Part shown: in pieces, positions 25,580-34,576 of the stretch
Position numbering within the stretch: the first letter of the stretch is position 1
Layout of the letters: every line of letters starts with the position of its first letter
Position numbers and translations under genes: made by a program
DNA from: Candidatus Bathyarchaeia archaeon
Lineage (GTDB): Archaea > Thermoproteota > Bathyarchaeia > Bathyarchaeales > Bathycorpusculaceae
Direction of reading: 5' to 3'
Assembly: GCA_038883715.1 (NCBI GenBank)
Contig: JAVZLS010000002.1
Coordinates: 37,223-101,222 of the forward strand
Length of the DNA stretch: 64,000 nt
Notes under the pieces: generated by a model
Seen by the model: only the letters and a program-made list of their open reading frames with translations
What the model was told of the DNA's origin: nothing
The model's database searches: none

Positions 25580-26078
25580 AATGGTCATGGCGAAGTGTAT
25601 AGAGGATTTTGCCGAACTTTTCGGTGTAAAACTTAGCTTGGACAAAAGTCTGGTAGTTAAGAAGAAAGGTAAGTTTTTCTTGCTCAGCCCGAAATTGAAG
25701 AAATTGGCTGGGAAAGGCAGAGACTGGCTTTTTGCTGGAATATATCTTGGCAAAGTCGAGAATGGCAGGTTCTTTCCAAGTTTTCCCTTGCTTTTCATGA
25801 TTGCAGGCCAAGCCCAAAACAAGGTGATTGTTGATGATAAGGCAGCTTGGCTTTTCGTCTGCAGCAGAGACATATTTAAGGAGGGAATATTGGAGGCTTA
25901 CGGCTCAAGAGGTAAAGGCGCCTACACATTGGTTTTTAATCGCTATGGCGAGTGCCTCGGTTTTGGTAGAATAAAAAGGGACTTAGACAAGGCGGAAAGC
26001 GGCGTGGTCGTCAAAAACATTTTGGACATTGGAGATTTCTTAAGAAGGGAGCGAAGCACAAAAATTTCGGAAATCTAA
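25572..26078 (+). CDS. NIP7-like pre-PUA/PUA domain protein
   Basis: The start overlaps the methyltransferase stop (ATGGGTGA). The C-terminus VVKNILDIGDFLRRE is a typical PUA end. This gene is commonly partnered with the archaeal NOP2/Sun gene. Confidence 0.7.
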   Translation: MGEMVMAKCIEDFAELFGVKLSLDKSLVVKKKGKFFLLSPKLKKLAGKGRDWLFAGIYLGKVENGRFFPSFPLLFMIAGQAQNKVIVDDKAAWLFVCSRDIFKEGILEAYGSRGKGAYTLVFNRYGECLGFGRIKRDLDKAESGVVVKNILDIGDFLRRERSTKISEI

Positions 26079-27373
26079 ATTCCGCCAGATTTTATTTTTT
26101 GGGCTAGTTCCTCAATTTTGACCTTGCTTTGTTCCTTTTTCTGCATGTCTCTTAGGACGACGGCTCCTTCGCTTAGTTCCCTTTCGCCAACGATTACTAC
26201 ATGGCTTATGCCCCTTCTGTCAGCGTCTTCCAAAGCCTTTGTAACCTTCCGCCTCATGACTTCCGTTTCAACGGTTATTCCCTCATTTCTAAGCATTTCT
26301 GAAATCTTCAAGGCTTCATTGTTCAGTTTCTCATTAACAGGAATAACCATTACCCGTTTTTCCTCTTCGGCTGGTGGGCTGGTTTTCTGCTCTTGCATGG
26401 CGAGCATTATTCTGTCTATTCCATGGGCAACCCCAACGGCTGGTGTGGGTTCTCCACCAAAAAGCTCCACAAGTTTGTCATATCTTCCCCCGCCAGCCAG
26501 TGCAATGTCCAGCTCCGGCACATAAACCTCAAAAATCATCCCAGTATAGTATTCCAGTCCGCGGGCGAAACCAGAGTCCACGATTATGTCCAGCTCTTTC
26601 TCTGATTTTCCCACCAACCCGAGGATTTCTCTGAGATTTTTTGCTGCTTTTGATGCGTTCTCGTAATCTTTCACGAGTTTTTCCATTTCATCCAGAATGC
26701 TTGCAGTGTTGCCCCCTTTTAAGCCAATCATCCTTTGGAGCGTTTTTAGGCACCTATCCGTCACTCCTGCCTCTTTTACCATGTTTAGGGCGTCTTCGTA
26801 TTGTTTTTTGTCCATGAGTTGCATGACACGGTTTTGGGTTTCCTCTCCGAGTCCTTCGCGGCTTAATATGCCTCTTAAAACGCCGACGTGTCCAACTTTG
26901 AAGGTGTAGTTTTTTAATCCTACAGACCTCATTAAAGTGTTTGTTAGCAGTAGCACTTCGGCGTCGGCTTCTGGTTTTTCAGAGCCTATAAGCTCAAAGT
27001 TTGACTGCCAAAACTCTCTGAAGCGTCCCTTTTGTGGTTCATCATATCTGTAGAGACTTCCGATACAGAATAGCCTCAATGGTTTGGGCTCGTTCCGCAT
27101 TGTTGTCGCCACAAGCCTTGCAACAGAAGCCGTGAACTCCGGTCTTAAGGCAACTTTTCTTCCACCCAAATCTTCAAAGGCGTACATTCTTGCGCGGACT
27201 TCTTCGCCTGCCTTTGCCGCCACCAACTCATAGGACTCTACGACTGGTGTTATTATTTCCCTATATCCGTATAGTTTGGCTGTTTTTCTGGCTTTTTCCT
27301 CTATGAAGCGCATTATTTTTGCCTCTTCTGGTAGGAAGTCCCTCATTCCCCGGACTGTTTTGTAGGCGCTCAT
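26075..27373 (-). CDS. hisS: Histidyl-tRNA synthetase
   Basis: Class II motifs are present, including TVRGMRDFLPEE, RLFCIGSLYRYDEPQKGRFREFWQ and GGGRYD, plus a C-terminal anticodon-binding domain. Confidence 0.95.
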   Translation of the reverse strand: MSAYKTVRGMRDFLPEEAKIMRFIEEKARKTAKLYGYREIITPVVESYELVAAKAGEEVRARMYAFEDLGGRKVALRPEFTASVARLVATTMRNEPKPLRLFCIGSLYRYDEPQKGRFREFWQSNFELIGSEKPEADAEVLLLTNTLMRSVGLKNYTFKVGHVGVLRGILSREGLGEETQNRVMQLMDKKQYEDALNMVKEAGVTDRCLKTLQRMIGLKGGNTASILDEMEKLVKDYENASKAAKNLREILGLVGKSEKELDIIVDSGFARGLEYYTGMIFEVYVPELDIALAGGGRYDKLVELFGGEPTPAVGVAHGIDRIMLAMQEQKTSPPAEEEKRVMVIPVNEKLNNEALKISEMLRNEGITVETEVMRRKVTKALEDADRRGISHVVIVGERELSEGAVVLRDMQKKEQSKVKIEELAQKIKSGGI

Positions 27374-27403
27374 AACAGTTCACGTTTTGGGCTTCTACCT
27401 CTT

Positions 27404-27964
27404 TTATGGTAGGGTTAATTGTGAGACGGAATAGTAAACTATTTCGCCTCTTCGGCTCATAACAGCCAAAATAAGCTCCTTTTTTAGGCTTTGACACTGC
27501 CTCATTATTTGGGTTAACTCCTCCATTGTTATTGGTTTTCCCTCTTGAAGGTTTAGGATTAGATATTTGGCTGTGTCCTTTCCATACTCGCCTCTTTCGT
27601 AGACTCTGAAGTCTACGCCCATGCCGAAGCCTTCGCGGACAACGTATCCGCGGCTTCTAAGGTCTCTGTAAACCATGTATTTAGCCCAAGCGTTCTCGTC
27701 TGTTTTTTCAGCGGCTTGCAGAAGTTGTTGAAAGTCTATTTCCCAGCCCTTCTCGTCTTTAACTAAAATTAAGCCCTTATCTAGGAGGTGGAGTGCCTCG
27801 TAAAAGTTTAGGAGAAGCCCGCCGTTTTCTTCTATGCCGTAGCCCTTTGCTTTAAGCTCCTCTGCTCTCTGTTTGTTGGCTATTTTCACTCCCTTTTCGG
27901 TTAATGTTCCCTCAATTTTTGTTTCTTGACGTAGCGGCTGCGGCGGCTCCTTACTTTTGCTCAT
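27404..27964 (-). CDS. endA: tRNA-splicing endonuclease
   Basis: 186 aa. YRDLRSRGYVVREGFGMGVDFRVY and the C-terminal catalytic domain pattern are present. Confidence 0.85.
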   Translation of the reverse strand: MSKSKEPPQPLRQETKIEGTLTEKGVKIANKQRAEELKAKGYGIEENGGLLLNFYEALHLLDKGLILVKDEKGWEIDFQQLLQAAEKTDENAWAKYMVYRDLRSRGYVVREGFGMGVDFRVYERGEYGKDTAKYLILNLQEGKPITMEELTQIMRQCQSLKKELILAVMSRRGEIVYYSVSQLTLP

Positions 27965-27968
27965 AGGC

Positions 27969-28994
27969 TTAACCGTGCTGGCTTATTTTTGCCAAATCGT
28001 CCTTATATAGGATGCCTTCTTCGCAAATAATTGCGGTCACATATTTTATGGGCGTGATGTCAAAAGCTGGATTTAGGGCTGGAACGCCTTCTGGAGCTAT
28101 CCGCTCAGAGCCTATACATGTCACCTCTTCTTGGCTTCGCTCTTCTATTGTTATATCTGCTGCTGTATGGGCTAAGTCAAAGGTGGATTTTGGAGCCGCC
28201 ACGTAAAATGGTATGCCGTGTTCTTTAGCTAGGACTGCTATCTGGTAGGTTCCAATCTTGTTGATTACAGCATCCCGCACTATACGGTCGGCTCCAACAA
28301 TAACCTTGTCAACCATGCGTTTATACATGACGTATCCCACCATGGTGTCGCTTATCAAGGTGACTGGTATTCCGTCCCGTTTAAGCTCGTAGGCTGTTAG
28401 GCGGGCGCCCTGCAGCTTTGGTCTGGTTTCAGTGGCAATAACCCTAACCCTTTTACCTTGTTCCACAGCTGCCCTAATAACGCCTAGGGCTGTTCCATAG
28501 TCCACTGTGGCTAGTGCCCCAGCGTTGCAATGTGTCAACAATGTGTCCCCATCATTGATTAGTGTGGCTCCATGCTTTCCCATTGAGCGGTTTGCCGCAA
28601 CGTCCTCTTCAGCTATCCTATTTGCCTCTTCAACGACGAAGACGGCTAATTCCTCAGCGTTTCCTTGGAAAGCCCTAGCCTTGTTTAAAATCCTGTCAAC
28701 CGCCCAGAAGAGGTTAACCCCTGTAGGTCTGGTCTTCCGTAATGTGTTTGCCGCCTCTTCTAATTCACGGATAAGCTCTTCTTTCCGCCGTGCCTTTGAA
28801 TGGTAAGCTGTCAGCGCCAAGGCGTAGGCTGCGGCAACCCCTATTAGTGGAGCACCCCTAATCTTCATGGTTTTTATGGCTTCAGCCACTTCGCCGCTGC
28901 TTCGCATTTTGAGAGTGACGGTTTCTCTTGGAAGCCTTGTCTGGTCTATGGTTGTTACGACCCCGTTTTGCCATTTAATCGTCCGCGTTTTCAT
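27969..28994 (-). CDS. mtnA: Methylthioribose-1-phosphate isomerase (eIF-2B alpha/beta/delta-related)
   Basis: N-terminus IKWQNGVVTTIDQTRLP...IKTMKIRGAPLIGVAAAYALAL, with GADRI in the C-terminal domain. Confidence 0.8.
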   Translation of the reverse strand: MKTRTIKWQNGVVTTIDQTRLPRETVTLKMRSSGEVAEAIKTMKIRGAPLIGVAAAYALALTAYHSKARRKEELIRELEEAANTLRKTRPTGVNLFWAVDRILNKARAFQGNAEELAVFVVEEANRIAEEDVAANRSMGKHGATLINDGDTLLTHCNAGALATVDYGTALGVIRAAVEQGKRVRVIATETRPKLQGARLTAYELKRDGIPVTLISDTMVGYVMYKRMVDKVIVGADRIVRDAVINKIGTYQIAVLAKEHGIPFYVAAPKSTFDLAHTAADITIEERSQEEVTCIGSERIAPEGVPALNPAFDITPIKYVTAIICEEGILYKDDLAKISQHG

Positions 28995-29087
28995 AGCGAC
29001 AAGCTCAGCAAATCGTTTATGTAATGGAAAATATAAAAGCTGCTAGGAAAGTTAAGGATTGAAGCTAATTACCAAAACTATTAAATC

Positions 29088-29537
29088 ATGAGAACAGAAT
29101 TTTATTTGTGGTCTAAATTGGTTAAAGTCGTAACACGTTATTGGAGGATAGTTGCTGGGCATCCTAAACAAAAGGAAGATAGAATTGAGCCGAAGTCGAT
29201 CATTTTAGGAGACTGGCTTCGTAATGATTATGTATCAATTGGTTGGGAAGATCCTAAACAAATATCCCGAAGACGTTTTGACGAAATGAAGATTGGTGAT
29301 AAAATCGTCGTAACAACGGACAAGCACATTTGGGCTATAGGTGAGATTGCAGGAAATTTATATGAAAAAGAAGAAGGAGAACTTTACCCTTATAGAAAGG
29401 ATGTGATTTGGTACAAAATAACTAGGCTCAGTTACGATAATTTTCCAGCTTCTCTTAGAAACAAACTTAGAAATCCTCATACCGTTATGGAATTAGATAA
29501 AAATGATTGGGAGACTATTCTAGCGTATCTTACGTAG
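29088..29537 (+). CDS. Hypothetical protein, possible PUA-like (EVE/ASCH-type) beta-barrel
   Basis: The pattern is YWRIVAG...W...YVSIGW....F.EMKIGDKIVV....IWAIGEI.G. The gene is visibly more AT-rich than its neighbours. The fold call is tentative. Confidence 0.4.
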   Translation: MRTEFYLWSKLVKVVTRYWRIVAGHPKQKEDRIEPKSIILGDWLRNDYVSIGWEDPKQISRRRFDEMKIGDKIVVTTDKHIWAIGEIAGNLYEKEEGELYPYRKDVIWYKITRLSYDNFPASLRNKLRNPHTVMELDKNDWETILAYLT

Positions 29538-29548
29538 TGAGATACATA

Positions 29549-30259
29549 ATGAAAAAGGAAGATCTAAAAGTTTTCGTTGAAGGTTTTGGGCATAGATACT
29601 CTGGAATTTTGGGCATAGACCTAAAAAGCCGAAGGGAAGAGGAGATTTTCAAGTGGTTTTTGACTTCCGTACTTTTCGGCGCGCCTATAACTGAAACTTC
29701 CGTCATAAAAACTTACAAGTGCTTCGAAAAGCGCGGCGTCTTAACTCCTCAAAAGATTTTGGAAACCGGTTGGGACGGCTTAGTGCAAATTCTCGACGAA
29801 GGCAGCTACACACGTTACGACTTCAAAACGGCTGACAAACTTCTCGAAGTAATGCGAAACTTAATAGAAAAGTATGACGGAAAATTAACTACCATTTATG
29901 AAGAAGCCCATGACCACGCAGATTTGGAAGAGAAGCTTAAAAGTTTAGGAAAGGGCGTCGGCGACGTAACGGTGGGCATATTCCTACGGGAGCTGCGCGA
30001 CGTTTGGGAAAAAGCCAAACCAAAACCAACAAGCCTCGTTGTAATGGCAGCCAAAAACCTTGGAATAATTGATGAGAAATCTCCAAAGGATGTTTTGCGG
30101 CAGCTTGAAGATTTTTGGGCTGAAAATGCTGTGACTGGCAAGTCCTTCACAAACTTTGAAACTGCATTGCTTCGTCTAGGCAAAAACTACTGTAGAAAGG
30201 ATAGGTGCGCCGTTTGCCCCGTTAAGGCGGATTGTAAACGCCACGCTACGGGGGCTTAA
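29549..30259 (+). CDS. HhH-type DNA-glycosylase-like protein with C-terminal four-Cys (Fe-S loop-like) motif
   Basis: An HhH-like segment LKSLGKGVGDVTVGIFLREL is present. The C-terminus reads CRKDRCAVCPVKADC, which is C-x4-C-x2-C-x5-C and resembles the EndoIII cluster loop. The ATG at 29549 gives MKKEDL. Confidence 0.5.
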   Translation: MKKEDLKVFVEGFGHRYSGILGIDLKSRREEEIFKWFLTSVLFGAPITETSVIKTYKCFEKRGVLTPQKILETGWDGLVQILDEGSYTRYDFKTADKLLEVMRNLIEKYDGKLTTIYEEAHDHADLEEKLKSLGKGVGDVTVGIFLRELRDVWEKAKPKPTSLVVMAAKNLGIIDEKSPKDVLRQLEDFWAENAVTGKSFTNFETALLRLGKNYCRKDRCAVCPVKADCKRHATGA

Positions 30260-30980
30260 TGTAAGTTACAACCTCTATTGGGCATTCTTCCGGAAGTTTT
30301 AGTCGCTTCCGCCACTCGTCGCCTATGGCTATGAGGGAGAAAATCCCTGAAATTTCAGCCTTCGCTTTACGCACAAGATTGACGAGCGCTGCTTGTGTCT
30401 CACCAGTCTTAATCATGTCATCCACTATTAGGACGCTGTCCCGCTTTTTGATGGCTTCCTTTGGAACATAAAGCGTAATTGTTACGCCGGAATCCCTAAG
30501 CACAAATGTTTCCTCAAGAAACTCTTTAACGCCAACCTCCTTGCTTCTCTTGGCTATAACAAGGTTTACGCCTAGAGCGTTTGCCACCATAGTTGCCAAT
30601 GGGATTCCGTCAACCGCCGCAGTAAACACTTTTGTAACTCGTTTTCCAGCAAAATTTGCAAGAGCATGATTAGCCGCCTGCTGGAGAATGTTAAAATCTC
30701 CAATAATCTCGGTATTATCAAAATAACCATCCTCGTTAAACTTTATTCTGTTCCGGAGCTCGTTTTCCAAACCAACAAATTTTGATAAGACTTTCCAGAG
30801 CTGTTTTGCTCTGGCAGTGTTTGGCAAAACGTGTCCTTTGGCGTATCTGCTTAGAACTGTTACTGGCAAGCCTGTTTTTGCTGACAACTCGCGGTATGTG
30901 ATGTTCCGCTTGTATTTGGCTGTTCGAAGAAGTTCAATAGTCATTAAACGCAGTTTCAACTCTTCTGCGTGTGTGCTCAT
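30246..30980 (-). CDS. HTH domain fused to a phosphoribosyltransferase domain (PurR/GfcR-like putative regulator)
   Basis: N-terminal HTH ITYRELSAKTGLPVTVLSRYAKG and the PRPP-binding loop VLIVDDMIKTGET. Confidence 0.75.
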   Translation of the reverse strand: MSTHAEELKLRLMTIELLRTAKYKRNITYRELSAKTGLPVTVLSRYAKGHVLPNTARAKQLWKVLSKFVGLENELRNRIKFNEDGYFDNTEIIGDFNILQQAANHALANFAGKRVTKVFTAAVDGIPLATMVANALGVNLVIAKRSKEVGVKEFLEETFVLRDSGVTITLYVPKEAIKKRDSVLIVDDMIKTGETQAALVNLVRKAKAEISGIFSLIAIGDEWRKRLKLPEECPIEVVTYIKPP

Positions 30981-31092
30981 CAGCCTCCCCCATACACAAG
31001 GACCAGTTAAATTCTGAAGCGTTTACATCTTATTATTACCTTCCCAATTTATAATTTCCGCTCGAAAACCGAACAGCACGCAAACAAACGTT

Positions 31093-32040
31093 TTAGGGCG
31101 CCTTAGCTAAAATCACTTCGAAGGAGTACTCAAAACCATCCCGGTAAACCGTCAAGCGGACTTTTTCGCCAGCCCTTTTCTTATGAATTTCGCCTAAGAG
31201 CTTCTCTATCCGTGTTACGGGGACGTCATCCAAAGCCAATATTATGTCGCCAGCCGCTATGCCAGCCTCATGCGCTGGGCTTCCCTCAACAACCCTAGTG
31301 ACTAAAACGCCTTCATCTAATGGTATTCCATAATAGCGGGAAATCTCCTTTGTGAGGCTTAATCCCATTATCCCAAGCCATGGTCGTGTGTGCACCCCTT
31401 TAGATATGATTTCTGCTGCGCACTTTTTGGCTGAGTTTATGGGGATGGCGAACCCGATTCCATGGGCATAGGGAATAATAGCGGTGCTTATGGCAACAAC
31501 CTTGCCATTAACATCCACTAGGGGTCCGCCGCTGTTTCCCGGGTTTATGGCTGCATCTGTCTGGACAAGATTTTCCAGAAGCTCATTTTTGGATTCTATG
31601 GTGCGGTTTAAGGCGCTTACAACGCCGGAAGTTATTGTTGGTCCACCAGCCAAGCCGAAGGGGTTACCGATGGCGTAGACGCGCTGTCCAATCCTCAACT
31701 TATCAGAGTCTCCAAGCTCAGCATAGGGCAAGCCTTTCCTGTCAACTTTGACTACGGCTATGTCGTGGATTGTGCATGTTCCAAGCAAGCGTCCGTTTAA
31801 AACTTCGCCGTTCCAGAGGGTGACGGCTATGCGTTCAGCGCCTTGAACAACATGGTTATTCGTTAATACGTGGCCTTCGCTGTCTATTATTGTTCCGGAA
31901 CCCATGCCCTTGACTGGGAAGACTTGGTAGAATATGTCTTGAATCAGCCTAATCGTGCTGATGTTGACAACGCTCCTGCTGACTTTTTCTAGAACATCCA
32001 AAACCTTAGACTCGTCATTAAATGCCAATCTAACCGCCAC
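31093..32040 (-). CDS. HtrA/DegP-like serine protease with PDZ domain
   Basis: Catalytic triad contexts are TNNHVV, DIAVVKV and GNSGGPLVD, followed by a C-terminal PDZ domain. No obvious signal peptide. Confidence 0.85.
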   Translation of the reverse strand: MAVRLAFNDESKVLDVLEKVSRSVVNISTIRLIQDIFYQVFPVKGMGSGTIIDSEGHVLTNNHVVQGAERIAVTLWNGEVLNGRLLGTCTIHDIAVVKVDRKGLPYAELGDSDKLRIGQRVYAIGNPFGLAGGPTITSGVVSALNRTIESKNELLENLVQTDAAINPGNSGGPLVDVNGKVVAISTAIIPYAHGIGFAIPINSAKKCAAEIISKGVHTRPWLGIMGLSLTKEISRYYGIPLDEGVLVTRVVEGSPAHEAGIAAGDIILALDDVPVTRIEKLLGEIHKKRAGEKVRLTVYRDGFEYSFEVILAKAP

Positions 32041-32079
32041 TGTAAAATCTCTTTAAAGGCTTTAAACCCTTTTCTCTCT

Positions 32080-33273
32080 TCACGTTTTGGTTTTTGAGTA
32101 GGCGTTAATGAGTAGAACCACCGCGGCGGCTTGTGTCAAAAGAACATATATTATCACGGCTAAATATGGAATTTTCAATTCTGCCATCAAGCCATATACT
32201 GCCCCGCCAGCTAACATGCCAACACCATAAGCCGTGTTAAATATGCCATAGGCTGTTCCCCGCAAAGAAATTGGGGCAAAACCCGAAACAGCTGCGCGGT
32301 AAATGGACTCCTGCATTCCCAAAACTAAACCGAAAAAGGCTGCAGCCACAACAAGCATTGTTAAGTCTGCATTAGCCATGGCAAAAAATGTTGGAAAAAC
32401 CGACAGAATGAACGGCAGCACCAAAACTCTAATCTTGAACCTGTCGTAGGCGAATCCCGCAAAAAGTGCTGTTGGCGCGTCCACCCCCTGTATCAGCATG
32501 TAGATTAGGGGGACAATCCACAACTGGTTCGTCGGCTTTAGAATTTCTGTCGCCTTGAGAAGTATAAGCTCGAAGGGTATAAGCCCAACAGTGTTCAGTA
32601 AAACAGCCGAAGTGTAAACGTAAAAATCTCTTCCAAGTTTTTCTTCACCCTTTTCTATTCTAGCCTCTGCTGGTTCTGCGGTTTTTCTCCAACCGACTTT
32701 CCTAAACGTGTAGGCTAGGAATGCCATAAGCATGATGAAGGGCAACGCTAGAAGACTGAAGGTTAAATTGTAATTGTTGCTGGTGTAGAACATTAAGCCA
32801 GCCACAATGAGGGGACCCAAAATGGCGCCAATTTGGTCTAATAGTTCATGGATTCCGAAGGCTTTTCCAGCGCCAACCCCTCGGCTTACAATTGATAGCA
32901 CGGCGTCTCTCGCCGGCGACCTAATGGCTTTTCCAATTCTTTCAAGAAGCACCAAGATTATTGCTATTTCCCAAATTCTTGTCACTCCCAAAAGCGGTAT
33001 TGATACAATAAGCCCGTATCCCAAAAATATGAAAAGCCAGTAAGCCCTCGTGGTGTCTGCGAGGCTCCCGCTTACAAGCCTTAAGGCGTATCCCAAAAAC
33101 TCCCCAAATCTGCCGAAAAAGGCTATGGCAAAGGCGGAGGCTCCAAGAAATTCTAGGTATGGTGTAACAATCCCCCTTGAACCCTCATAGACAACGTCTC
33201 CCATGAGGCTCACTATTCCGAGAAGGAGAATAGCCACGTAGGCTTTTTTCGCATTCACTAAGCCATTTTTCAT
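32080..33273 (-). CDS. MFS transporter
   Basis: 397 aa with about 12 TM segments and an MFS-like loop between TM2 and TM3 (GSLADTTR). Confidence 0.75.
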   Translation of the reverse strand: MKNGLVNAKKAYVAILLLGIVSLMGDVVYEGSRGIVTPYLEFLGASAFAIAFFGRFGEFLGYALRLVSGSLADTTRAYWLFIFLGYGLIVSIPLLGVTRIWEIAIILVLLERIGKAIRSPARDAVLSIVSRGVGAGKAFGIHELLDQIGAILGPLIVAGLMFYTSNNYNLTFSLLALPFIMLMAFLAYTFRKVGWRKTAEPAEARIEKGEEKLGRDFYVYTSAVLLNTVGLIPFELILLKATEILKPTNQLWIVPLIYMLIQGVDAPTALFAGFAYDRFKIRVLVLPFILSVFPTFFAMANADLTMLVVAAAFFGLVLGMQESIYRAAVSGFAPISLRGTAYGIFNTAYGVGMLAGGAVYGLMAELKIPYLAVIIYVLLTQAAAVVLLINAYSKTKT

Positions 33274-33304
33274 TATGTTTTCCTGCTAAGAGTAGCCCTT
33301 TAAT

Positions 33305-33772
33305 CTAGGCTGAAGTTAAGAGTTTCGCTATCCTCTCAAGCCACTCCTTATCTTTCTCGTCAAAACTGCCATATTCCTCGCTGTCAACATCAAGAACAGC
33401 CACAACATCGCCCTTCTCGCCGAATACTGGCACGGCAATTTCAGACTTTGAACGGGGGTCACATGCGATATGTCCTGGAAACTCGTGAACATTTGGCACA
33501 ATAATGGTTTTCCCGCTTTTGGCGCATTTCCCGCAAACACCAGTGTAGGCTATTCTTGCGCATGCTGGCGGTCCCTTTGATGGACCAAGCTCCAACCAAT
33601 CCTTCTTGGGAATATAAAATCCAACCCAAAAATAGTATGGGATTTTCTCCTTCAAAACGCTGCATACAAGTGCCATTCTTTCTTCAAAGGATTTTCCCCT
33701 AACTCCTTTCTTTATAGCTTCGAAGCATTCGCTGTAAGTTTTCTCTTTTGCATTATGTTCCATCATGTTCAC
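33305..33772 (-). CDS. GAF-domain protein, free methionine-(R)-sulfoxide reductase-like
   Basis: Single GAF domain with WVGFY, conserved Cys residues (ACARI, GVCGKC, IACD) and SEIAVPV. Confidence 0.7.
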   Translation of the reverse strand: MNMMEHNAKEKTYSECFEAIKKGVRGKSFEERMALVCSVLKEKIPYYFWVGFYIPKKDWLELGPSKGPPACARIAYTGVCGKCAKSGKTIIVPNVHEFPGHIACDPRSKSEIAVPVFGEKGDVVAVLDVDSEEYGSFDEKDKEWLERIAKLLTSA

Positions 33773-33874
33773 TCAACTTTTAGGTTGGCGAATTTAAAAC
33801 ATGTTTTGATTGGATAAAGCTTTTATTGATGCTCCTGGTTTAGTTTGGCAAATGCCCATAAAAGATGATGTGAA

Positions 33875-34576
33875 ATGGCTTTGCAGAAAGGCGACTTCAT
33901 ACTGTTAGATTACGTGGCAAAGGTAAAAGAGACAGGAGAAGTCTTCGACACCACAATTGAGGAGGTAGCCAAAAAAGAACGCCTCTACAAAGAGGGCGAA
34001 ATCTACGAGCCAAAACTCGTTGTTATAGGCGAGGGCTGGGTCCTAAAGGCTTTGGATGAAAGCCTAACAAACATGGAAGTTGGAAAAACTGAAACTGTGG
34101 AGATACCGCCAGAAAAAGCCTTTGGAGCAAGAGACCCAGAAAAAGTTAAGCGAGTTCCTCTTAGGCACTTGACGGCTAAGGGCATAACCCCAACCCTTGG
34201 AATGCGCCTCGAATACGACGGTAAAATGGCAACTGTTAGGGCTATTGGCGCTGGTCGCGTCCTTTTAGACTTTAATCCTCCATTGGCTGGAAAGACCCTT
34301 GTTTACGAGGTTACGGTCAAGAAGAAGCTTGAAACGCCAGAAGAGAAGATAGCCGCCCTAATTCACCGTAGAATACCAACAGTTGAGGCTGAAAAGTTCA
34401 AGTTCACCATTAAAGCGAAAAACGTTGGCATAGAAATGCCTGAAGAAGCCTTCTACTTAGAAGGAATTCAAGTTGCAAAGCGTGGCATAGCCCTAGACAT
34501 ACAGAAGTTCTTCCCGGAAATAACAGCCGTAAAATTCACGGAAACCTTCAAGGCGGAACCAAAGGCAAAAGCCTAA
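33875..34576 (+). CDS. FKBP-type peptidyl-prolyl cis-trans isomerase (long archaeal type)
   Basis: The pattern is GDFILLDYVAKVKETGEVFDTT..., with an IF-insert and a C-terminal extension. Confidence 0.85.
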   Translation: MALQKGDFILLDYVAKVKETGEVFDTTIEEVAKKERLYKEGEIYEPKLVVIGEGWVLKALDESLTNMEVGKTETVEIPPEKAFGARDPEKVKRVPLRHLTAKGITPTLGMRLEYDGKMATVRAIGAGRVLLDFNPPLAGKTLVYEVTVKKKLETPEEKIAALIHRRIPTVEAEKFKFTIKAKNVGIEMPEEAFYLEGIQVAKRGIALDIQKFFPEITAVKFTETFKAEPKAKA

